Shown one piece after another: positions 46,501 to 56,500 of a stretch of 64,000 bases of DNA; the first letter of the stretch is position 1; each line of letters opens with the position of its first letter. The stretch comes from a virus: the IMG/VR virus record IMGVR_UViG_3300042374_000295, positions 4,394-68,393 of that record; one strand, given 5' to 3'. The position numbers and the translations under genes are program-made. Under the pieces are notes generated by a model that saw only the letters and a list, made by a program, of their open reading frames with translations, was not told the DNA's origin and did no database searches.

Positions 46501-46995
46501 AAAGTCGTTTAATAACTCTCTTTGAATGTCTTGCAATAGATCTATGTCATCAGTGTCTTTTGCGTTGGCAACCTCTGCATTGATTTGATCAATAAGCTCT
46601 GCCCACACAAACGCAGCAGTGCCGCCGTCTATCATATTTCTTTGGACAGCGTCTTGTGCTTTATAGAATCCAACCTGGTCAACAAACTCCTCGGCAGCCT
46701 TCTTAGCTGTTGCGTAGCTTTGTATCTCATAGTCTAGCCCTAAGTCTTTTATTTTTTCTTTTAGTGCTACATCTGGGGCTCCTTCAAATGCTCTGTTTAG
46801 TAGAGCCTTGCTTCGTGTCTTAGCCGCTTCAGATTCATCTCTTCCGCCTGCTCTAGAGAACTGCATAGCTTCACCAAGGCCTTTAACAGCCCCACTGTCT
46901 ATAAGTCTACCTAGTAGACCATCGTGCAGCATAGCCGCAAACTCATCGTAGGAGTAGTCCTTCCCGCCGTATGATATAGTACAAGGGCTTGCCAT
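43504..46995 (-). CDS. Large helical internal virion/ejection protein
   Basis: 1163 aa, coiled-coil N-half, TGR.SLG...FFSPR and KMKFGN..VDPWGG..QY C-half; in the ejection-gene block. Confidence 0.6.
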   Translation of the reverse strand: MASPCTISYGGKDYSYDEFAAMLHDGLLGRLIDSGAVKGLGEAMQFSRAGGRDESEAAKTRSKALLNRAFEGAPDVALKEKIKDLGLDYEIQSYATAKKAAEEFVDQVGFYKAQDAVQRNMIDGGTAAFVWAELIDQINAEVANAKDTDDIDLLQDIQRELLNDFDQRAREKGRFISALREVYQGSDFNYQVERQVQKYKDNNKDGVIPPEVEQKIKDLKEQLDAADKKIKQSEKQAEKIKAQAAIGDIQESIERETKKKPEATIKEKTKVIADKIRSGKTTRPGIFMSQTPGALAWNGALEVAAKTVEASGTAAEAIVKGLNYISNTDWYKKLNSQDKASADAAFADHIKKSTKKEPEISVVDGVIKIPHSLIRKYVKDGATDIDELTKAIKEDMVEEYPEITDRQIRDAVTKYGQVVNPNPEAIEAEIRKMKRIGRITSAMEDIAEKKRPLKSGAQRDAIEVEERKLMKELKAALAELPVDTDAENNQLKTALDAVKARLKNQINDLNDEIDSGIRAAKSKGVDYDQEANELVAERDKIKAIRDELFADPVGDMARKIDRTENALERAIEDIKNRISRGDIGISKPDKVTSPKLESLREAMKGYRDMIKTLRDAAGITEEQRVKSAKAAANRRIAELQDRINRKDFSKKVNKAPIVADQELLALRNEKLKVQEEFDTLQYKNELANRSGLRKFFDILAETWGLTRALRATGEFSFIMIQMGKQVMAHPLNAAKAFKTMFTHMFSQERTEDWERNLKIQDFYPELKASKLAITENNIKLSVREEAFISSWVSHIWDYIGYPLKLASPKAWNAWKAANPTRFVERAGTVFMNQMRLERFLQGREMLKAQGKTIETHPDAYKNMADVINTLTGRASLGPAEQLAPALSTIFFSPRMWAAQIKTSTPYMFIWLAKKGDKGTFRPSVAQKMYVGDMMKWIASTGGMMAFTKLAWDALHDDDDDKDQLTIEFDPTSSNFLKMKFGNIIVDPWGGSTQYITFFSRLWYGTIKKASGEDVPLGVSNKTSTKWELLINMVRNKLAPSSALVVNYLDIHQKKESGEYIKTDKFGQPYSLEGELLGSTYPIFWDTIIELNEEQPLEVQAFLDFLAFIGYGVQVQEDKKKKKEAEEKGSGTEPGSGKSMEAGSSKGAGNEPGSGKSMEAGAGK
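43520..43602. repeat. 29-bp exact direct repeat (54-bp period)
   Basis: GCTTCCATTGACTTGCCTGATCCAGGTTC at 43520 and 43574; encodes EPGSGKSMEA twice. Confidence 0.85.
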
Positions 46996-47495
46996 TAAGC
47001 TTTAAATAGTGATTTCTCCAATAACAACATCTCAAACTTGCTACCCATCACACCCTCTAACATATTAATCTTGTCACTGTATTCAGCAACTGACTGTTGT
47101 TGTATGGCGTTAAACGGTAGTAAGAAGTTGAAGGTACATATATCGCCGGCCTTCATAACCTTTGCTGTGGTGTCCTCGTAGTCCTCGTATAGAGTGTACT
47201 CAATTAGGTACGCCTTCTCGATAACGTCCATGAGACTTGCGAACTCAAGGACTGGTTGTTTAACTGTTGGAAGTTCTGGAATCACGTTCCACTCCGTTAG
47301 GTAGTCTTCTATCTTCTTGGCGTGCAATAGTTCATCAGCTGACTCGGCAGCGAAAAACTCAGCGGCTTTAAAGAAGCCTACGTTCTGACACCAGTTAGAC
47401 GCAGAACGGTACATGTAGTACGCGTTGTGCTCGTCTTGGAGTCTTGGTAGCAATAAATCAACTATTTCAGCAGGAAGTACTTTTGGCTTTAACAT
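46995..47495 (-). CDS. Ferritin-like protein
   Basis: DEHNAYYMY...W....GF...A.FF...S.DE..HA.K...YL...IE...Q ferritin pattern; likely start MLKPK at 47495. Confidence 0.85.
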   Translation of the reverse strand: MLKPKVLPAEIVDLLLPRLQDEHNAYYMYRSASNWCQNVGFFKAAEFFAAESADELLHAKKIEDYLTEWNVIPELPTVKQPVLEFASLMDVIEKAYLIEYTLYEDYEDTTAKVMKAGDICTFNFLLPFNAIQQQSVAEYSDKINMLEGVMGSKFEMLLLEKSLFKA

Positions 47496-47498
47496 ATG

Positions 47499-47529
47499 CA
47501 AATTTAAGGACAATTTCCTTTCCTTGTTG
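47499..47529 (-). promoter_or_regulatory. Late-class-like promoter CAACAAG-N16-TAAATTTG
   Basis: Embedded in the 3' end of the giant gene; 3 nt before the ferritin ATG. Confidence 0.55.
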
Positions 47530-50500
47530 CCTTATTGTTTTTTTCTAGCTGATCAATAATATTCTTAATGTTATCGTCTATATACTTTACTGATGGGTTA
47601 GCGTCCATTAGGGCCTTTCTCTCGTCTGCAAGTCTCTTCTTTTTAGCAGCACCCTCTGTCTCTCTTATTTGATAGAATAGGTCTGTAGCTTGTGAGAAGG
47701 TTGCTTGAACGTCACGGCCTCCTTTAGAGAACTGAGGCATACCTTGCTTAACAGATGCCTCTAAGGCAGGTGTTATTTCTATGGCAGATTGGGTAGACAT
47801 ACCCTTTTCTGCGGCGTCTATTGTAACTTCAACTATCTCACCCTTCTTGCCTGTCAACTCTTCCACAAGAGCTATAGCTGTCTCTCCAATGATACCTAGC
47901 CTCTCTTGATTGCCATAGAAACCTATCATACCAGCACCACCAAACGCTAACTGTTCGCCCGTTAGGTCATTCTGCATACCTTGAGCTAAGGATACCCCTC
48001 CTTCTCCATCTATTATCCGTTGAGCTATATCTTTGCCAAAAAAGTCTTCTAGTTTTTCTGGTTTTACGTTATTCTCATAACCAAGAGATACTCCTTCTTT
48101 GCTTGCATTTACGTCATATGTTCCGTTTTCGTTTTTCTTGTAGCTTATTCTGTCTACATCTTTTCTTAGGTCATATCTCTCTATTTGCTGCTCGCCTGTG
48201 GTCCATGCGATTGACTTAGCACCTGCCTCAACAGCTTGCTTTAATGCTATCTTTAAGCCAAGTTTAGCCCATGAATTAGTCTTTTGAACATAAGGAGCAG
48301 TTTTTAATCTCAGGCTTGAAAATGGAACTAGTAAAGCTTCTTTTTCTTTGGTCTGCGCATATGCTTCCCTGTACGCTCTATTAAGTATTTTAATTTCTGG
48401 TGGGCCCTTTTCTGCTGCGTCTTGTAATGAGGCGCCTGGATCGTTTACCCTGTAAGCTCTGTACGCTTCATTTAGCTTACGTTCAGCTTCGTCTGATTTA
48501 GCCTCTGCTTCTTCGTATTCTTTCTCAGCAAGTAAATCTTCCTTTGTTTTAAACCCTTTTTTCTTACCTTTTTGACCCCAGTCTGACTGTATTTCTTCTA
48601 CAAACAAGACTTTGTTGCCATTGGAGTCATTCCTAGTGTTAAGCCTTGTGTGAACAAGGACGTCAGCTTCATCATAATGGCCTGGGTAGCGAAACTCTTC
48701 GTCTTTTTCAATTTCAATTTTCTTAAAATTTGACTCCCTTTCTTTTTGTAATTTATTTTTCTCAGCGGTTAACCTATCAAAATCTTCTTGATTGGTAATC
48801 TCTAATTGAAAGTCATTGACAGTTCCTGTATCTCCTACTTTTTTATAGGTTCTAGCGCTCATTAACTCGTTGTCGACCTCTTCAATTCGTTGATCTATTT
48901 CAGCAGTTCTTGCAACTAGAGCATCCTTGGTCTTATTTGGAAGAACTACTACTATTTCTTTGTAGTTTTCCATGTCCCCTGGCAATGAATACCTCTTAAA
49001 CTTAGGTCGATTGTTAAATTTGCTTTCGCTTGTTTTTTCAATTTCTTTAATCTCAACTCTGTTGTCCTTTATAAACTGTTGAATTTCAGTCTTCTTTATT
49101 TGCTCGTCTGGGCGTTTAGAGTTTAACCATTCCAATATTCCAGAGAACTGAACCTCGTCCTTTGATCCAATCTCATTCTTCCATTTAGTGGCAGATGCGT
49201 TTGGTTGTTTAAACTCTGCTATCTTCTTTTCTAGTGGCGAGTAAAACCCGTCAACTATATCTATGCCTCCTGGAAGTGGTTTAACCTTCTCTTCCACACC
49301 GTTGACCATCGCAGTTTCTCCACGGTCGCCTTTAGATGCTTGAGGTTTAACTCCAAGTGCTTTGGCTTGCAAAACAGCGCCCTCGTCTGGATCGCCTACA
49401 AGAGGAACAATGTCTTCATAAGCTTTATATGGTTCGAATGTTCCAAGTCTATTTTCTATTGTGTTCCTGTCGCCTCCGTCATAAACAAAGTACACAACAT
49501 CAGGTAACCCGCCTTGATAGTCTTTAAACTGTTCTTTCTCCCATGCTTTGTGCTTGTTGCCGTACTTATCTGTGTAGGCAGCTGGGGCATAATCTTCATT
49601 AAATGTAGACTTTGCAACACCTCTAAACCCAAAACGAGAGTAATATCCTGGCAATGCAGTGTTGAATGCGTCGGCTTTTAATGCTCCTTCTTTGATTGCA
49701 AGAACCAGTAATTGAGCTATTCTATATGGCTTTTTAACGCCAGTTTTATTAACCGAGGCAAAACCACTAACCATGTCGCCGTTTGGCTTTAAAGCTACTC
49801 CAGCTTCTCCGTCTGGGGTAATAAACAATCTCATGTCGTCATACTGATGCTCTCTTGTTTGTTCGTCTTCATAGACATAAACAGAGGCTCCATTTGGATT
49901 GCTAACTTTAGCTTGTGATATGAATTTATGGAAAGCTTCTGGATCGTTTGATATTTCCAGAATTTCTTTATCTATAGTAGCATCTTTATTGAATTTTAAG
50001 ATACCTTTCTTGACAGACTCCTCAGGAGTATATATTGCAGAGACTTTTACATCGTCTGTTCCAATATATCTAACCTCTTGAGTATCTCTTCTTTTGAATC
50101 CCCTCGGTCCACCGCTTTTCGTATCCAGTCTTGATGATACTCCGGCAACTGGTCGATCCACTTTGAATCCTGCTGGGGTTGTTGTTTGTTTTGTTTTTCT
50201 TGTTTCATCGGTTTCAAAATTAATACCTTTTTCTGTTCTTTGCAAATCTTCACGACTACCAGCCTTAGATTCTTGTACAGATTCCTCTGTCTTTTCAATA
50301 TTATCGTCCTCTTCTTCTATTTGATCTTGATCTTCGTTTTCGTCTATGTTATACTTAAGAGAGTTGTTTTCTTTAAATTTTTGAACAGTTATTCTAGCGG
50401 CATCCTCGTAACTGATACCTTCTATCTTAGCTTGTACGCCCAATGTTTTGTAAAGGTTTTTCTCAAAATACCACAAAATTGCTTGGGCATCAGCTATGCT

Positions 50501-53500
50501 TAGGTCATACCCTTTGGCGTTAAGTCTTTCAACAGCATCAGCCACAGTATCGTACATGAATTGTCTGTCTGTTTTGTTTTCAGGAGAGTCATTTAAGTTT
50601 TCGAATGCAGTTTTATAAACTGTATTTGCGGCCTTTTCTAACTCTGTTCCTCTCTTAAATCCTTTAGCTGCATAAGAATCCCTGTTGTTTATGATAGCAA
50701 TCATTGCATTGTCATCCGACATTTTCGGATTTTTTAACAACGCTTTAATTCTATCGATTCCTAGTGGCTCCCCTTTGGTGTTAAAACCTCTCTTAATTTG
50801 AGGTATAACATTACCTCTGTATCTATTAAATGTCCTAGACCACCATCTGTCCAAGGTTGGATAATCTTCTTTGCCAGACAAGTTTGAGTAGAACATACCA
50901 AGCTTAGGTCCAAATACAGATGCAGCCAATGGCGCATTAAAGTCAACAGGCCAACTTGTAGTTAGAGCTTTTTCTCCTTGTGCTTTTCTTTCTGCGTTAA
51001 TATCTCTTATTGATTTTACCTCAAGCAAGTCTTTTTTCATTGCCTGAATATCACCTTTGTATTGCTTTAATAAAGAATTTATTCTTGATAAATTTGCTGA
51101 GAAGGACGCTTGTCTCATACCCGGCAATGTTGATGAAACAGACTTTTTACCGCTTTCAACATATCCAGAGTATGCTAATGCAGCTAACTTAAAGTTGCTT
51201 AACACCTTTTCTCCGTCTGACGTTATTGCCACTAGCATAGTAAAAAGATCTCTAGCGTTTTGGTCTTTCTTCATCTCTGGGAATATCTCAGCCATAGCAT
51301 CTAATCCCTTTTGATACTTTTCTCCATACCATCCCTTTCCGCTATTCTCACCCATAGCCTCCGTGAAGTACTCTATTTCCTCCATCATCCAAGAGCTTAT
51401 CTTTTTCTTAGCTTCTGGAGACCTGTCATTCTTGCTTATAATGCCATATTTTTGTCTTTGCCTTTCTTCTAATGCTTCTCCTACTTCTCTTGTTTTAGCT
51501 TTATTCCCCTTCAAGCCATACTTGGCCATATTTTCTTTACCCTGCATTACTCGAACAGCACTTTTTTGCGCTCCTCCAATACTGCTTACATATTTTCCTA
51601 CATTCTCTTTACCTACAATTTCAGATATGTCTCTGCCCTCGTTCAATACAGACGCTATGTCGCCAGCTAGTTTCTTAAACTTTGCCATGTCTGTATCGTT
51701 AATTATTTGACCTAGACCTAATGCCTTGGCTATCTTGTTTATAAAATCTATAACAGCTTGTTTTGAGCTCTTTGGTATAGTATCTAAGTCAATCTTGCCG
51801 TCTGCAATCCTTGCTATAGCTTCTGTTAACTTCTCATCATTTAATGTTGACTCGCCATCTTTAGTGTACTCTCTATCTGCCCAATTAATAACTTTTTCAA
51901 GACCACTCTTAGGGTTGGCCTTTACAGCAGCTTTTAATCCTCTAACTGCAGCACCGTATAGCTTTGAGTCGGTATTCCTAATAATGTTTAACACAGGGTG
52001 AGATGCCTCGTGCCATATAACAGTGCTTCCATAGCCTGCCTCAAAGTTCTTTCTATCAATAAGTATCTCTCCGCTGTCAGACATAAATACGCCTTCAGCC
52101 CCGGCTTCTCCTCCTCTTTTTTGAGTTGCTTTAGCTATTTCTTCTGAAGTAACAAACTTAACCTTAATGCCTGAGCTCTTTAAAGATTGAGCAGCCCTAT
52201 CGGCAGCACCCTCTCTCCTAGCCAAGTCTACCGCTTTTATTAAATCTGTTTGAGGCTTGGTTCTTTCGGATGACGGAACATTTAGTGCGGCCTCGTAAGC
52301 TTCGGACATTGCCCTTGTGTCAGACTTGCCCTCTAAGTTTAATCCTAGAGACTTAGCTACTTGGTTTACCGCCCCCTTCATTCTACCTAGGACAGCCTTT
52401 TGGCCTTCTGATACGTTGCTTAATACCTTGTCTGTAGCCTTTGCTACTTTTTCAGATGCTTGAACATCTCCACTTGTTGGAGTCGGTTCTGTCTTGGTTG
52501 TTAAACTGGTTGTTGAAGCCGTCTTTAAGTTGCTTTTTAATATAGGCAAGTCTATTTCAACTATGCCATTAGTAATGTGTATATTGTTCTCGTTTAGTCC
52601 AAGCTTTTTTAAATAAGGAAGAAGTGCTTCTTTAACTTTGTCTTGATTTTCTTTGTTTGTAACAAGTAGTTTCCCGAATCCTTTTTGAACAGGAACGCCT
52701 AGCTCGTTAACCTTAGCAGCCTTATTGATAGCAACTCTGTTTGTTACCACATTGCCGTCTTTGTCATACTGCAATTCATATCCACGATTTAGCTGTTGTT
52801 CCCATATTCTTAGACCATCTGTAGATATAGATGTTGTCTCTGTGTACTCATGACCTGGAGGCAGTAGCGATTGAACGCCAGCTACCATCTCCTTAAAGTC
52901 TTGCTTGTTGTCTGTCTCTATCTTAGAGCTCCACTTGTTGGTAGGTTTTCCGTTTTCATAAATCCTGTAATAACCAACTGAGTTGTTGTCAGACTTTCCT
53001 GTAATGATAATATCTACCTCACCTGTTTTAGGATTTGAGTATTCTACATATTCAACCCCCTTTTTTTCGGTATGATTTGTTGGAACTGACTCAACGTCGC
53101 TTCCGCCTAGTTTTTTGGAAAACGAGCCTACGCCTTCAAATAAATCTTTTCTTTTTATTTTAGCCTCTGTTTCTTGTACTTTTTTCTGTATATCAGCTTT
53201 GGTCGGCTGAACTTTTGAAGTTGCATTTTCAGATGGCACAGGTTTAGATGTAGTAGTTTTAGCTTCCCCTTTTGCAGAAGATTGCTCCACCACCTTACCG
53301 TTTTCGTAAACTAATTCATATTTGCCGTCCCCGATATGTTTGTATACTTTAACTTTGTCTCCATTTAATTCTCTTAAATGCCTTCCGTTTGCGTCTGTTG
53401 GAAACATTGTGGAACCTTTGCCATGTCTTCCTAAAGTCGATGGTTGCAAAGAAGCGTCTTCGGTAACAATAATGTAATTATTTGGATTTCCTTTTGCGTA

Positions 53501-56500
53501 ATTCATTGCAGCTTTGCCTTTTGCAAAAGACGGGGACGGAGTAGTACCTCTTCTGTCTAAATTTATTCCGCCTTCGCTAGCGGTTTTTTCTGCATTATCT
53601 CTAGACTCTTGAGATAGGCCAACTCTAACTTTTCCGCTATTTACAATATCATTAAAAGCTTCATCCCCAACAATAACCCTATATGATTCTTTTTCATTTG
53701 CAAAATCAGCTTCATTCCTTTGTTTGCTACTTACTTCTTGGACTGACTTTTGAACAGAAGGTTCTTCAACCGTAGCTTTATAATCATTGTTCTTTTGAAC
53801 TACGTTATCGTGTGCCGCTAACTGCTCGCTTATACCGGCAATCTCTGCCTGAAGGTTTTCTTTGACCTCCGGCATCAAATCTATCTGGCCGTTTTCTGAT
53901 TGAGCAATAAGGCTCTCTGCGCTGTCCTTCCTTTGGTTTAAATCTGTTAGATCTTCTTCGGATAAAACTTGAGCTTCTTCTTCATACGTTACACCCGTCT
54001 CAGCCTGACGAGATATTCTTGCATCTTTCTCTTGTTGAATTACCTCGTCTGCTACCTTTATAGCTTCGCTTTTTTGCTCTTCAGTTGAGTTAGGGTTGTT
54101 TAAAACCTCTATGGCAGCCTCTTTGTCAGCCTGTTGCTGAGGCGTAACCTCTGGGGTTATTGCCTTTTTGCCCATCTTTTTGATACGCTCCCTCTTACCT
54201 GCTACTATAGCCGCATTTCTATCTGCGGCCATCTGGGCAGTTATCTTGTCCATAGTAGCCTTTTGGGTTGGAGTTAACTGATCATATATCTCTTTATTCT
54301 TTTTTGTTGACGCTCTTCCAATTGCAGTACCTGCCCCCATAAACGTACCCATAACCATTGAGGCTATTATTATTCTTAGGTTCTTGTCAAGTGTGCCGAA
54401 CTGTGCCTCAAAATCTTGCATAACCTTTTCGCCGTCACCTGTTGCTAAATAAAGGTCTACCAATGATCCAAATCCTTCCGAGTACTCTTGAGCAGTTTCT
54501 CCCAGACCAGCACCAATCGCTTCCCCCATCTTAACAACTACCTGCATAGCTTTGTCTGCGTTTTTGCCAAACAAGTACGAGAAGGTATTTACTAGATTGC
54601 CTTTGCTTATAACCTTCCCAACAAGTTTTTCACCTGCAAAACCTAAAACACCGGCAAAAAATGTTAAGTCTTCTTTTAGATCAGATCCCTTTGGAGCTAT
54701 TTTGCCTGCAACCTCATATGATATACCGCTTTTAATAGCCCCCATACCCCTGCCTATCCACGCACCTGTTCTAGTTGCTTTTAATGCAGTTATCGTTGTC
54801 TCTAGCTCTGCAGCAGACATCCCAGGAACAAACTCTAACGCGGCAGCACTCGTGGCAATTAACTGCATTGCAGCAATTGAACTTGCTATGGTGTCTGACG
54901 CAAACTCAATAGATGCTATAGGTGCTTCGTAGCTTTTTGCTGCCTTCTGTTGCTTGTTAGCAGCTCTGGTCATTTCGCTTACTTCAATATTAGCTAACGC
55001 TGTGGCGTTTTCAATGATTGACGATATGTCTTGCCTTGTTGTTACTATATTATTGCCTTGCGTCGCAAGTAGTTGTTGATATTTGTCATAAAAACCTACC
55101 TGCATTCCTGACGCAAACGGGTTCCTGTTTATTAATAAAACAGGCGCCAGCACCGCCATTTGTTTTTTGATTAAGAAGTACTCATCAACTAACTTTCTTT
55201 CTTTAGGATTAGATCCCATACGGGGTCTTAAGTACTCATACTCACCCCAATCAGCTTCTCCCGTCATGCTCATCATTGCAAACGGATCTATGTTTGGCAT
55301 ATTGACATTAATCCACTCGATAAGATTGGTAGGCATACTTTTGCTTACCTTGTCAAATCTTTTGCCTAGTATTAAATACAGGTTTACCAGTCTTTCTTGA
55401 GCTGTATTGCCTGGAACGGAAAACTTTTCGATTAAAGGTTGGCTTTGTTTGGCTACAGTTTTTATAACCTCAGCAGGATCTTTTAAAAATCTATCTTTTA
55501 TTGCCCTAAGGTTCAATACCCTAAAGTCACTATCAGCAACGCCGTCCATCTTAAGCTCGTCTATTTGAGCGTCTATTTTGACGTTCATGTCCTTGATGTA
55601 CTTTTGGTACTCGGACTCTACCTGCATTTTCTTTACTAATAAATCTCTGTACTCGTCGGCCATTGTTTTTCCGCCTTGAGCAGACACCATAGATCCGTCA
55701 TTGGTAGATGTTTTAGATCCATTGATATATGGCTCTAGTTCAGCTAACCTTTTCTTTATGTCATTTAATGATTTTACATACGAGTACTCTTGCTTTTGGT
55801 CTTCGTTTAACTCCGTCTCTGCATACCAAGATAATTTCTCGTCAAAATAATCTTGCGTATTAGTATACCCTTCAGCCTTTACATCTGAGCTAACCTCTCT
55901 CCACGCGTCTACTTTTTTAGTGTTTTCAGCGCTATTAGCCCTAGCTACGTCGGCCGCCATAATTGGCTTTATTCTTGATATTCTATTTGTTACATTGCTT
56001 TGTGTTCTTGGAGTATCCAATCTAACAACTTTCCCAGATGCATCTTTACCATAAACAGGCGCTAGCCTTAAGTTATCAGAGTCATTCATAGGTTTCCCCG
56101 TAGACATATCAATTGAGCCTAACCCTTTCCATGTCCCCATCTCTGTAGACTCCGGCTTTTTAGGCCCTGCCATTACATCTTCTTTTGATGCAAATGGACT
56201 TTTGCTTTCGACCATCCTAGACTCTGCGTACTTAGCAGCTTTGTTAAAAATTGAGTTAGCGATACTGCTTCCGTCGTCAATATTGCCGCCATTCCCTAAC
56301 CAGTCCATTTCTGCCTTCGTTAAGGTTGGAACAAGTAGTGGAATGTAAACTTTTTTATTGTCTAACATAACGGCAACAGGGTACTCTGTGTCTAGAGCTT
56401 TGCCTTTAGATGTCTTAGCGCCAGGAATCCATCCTGGACCTTTCTTTGTGCCATCCTCGCGGTAGCCTTCCTTTACAGTTTTAACTGTTCCTGTGGCTCC

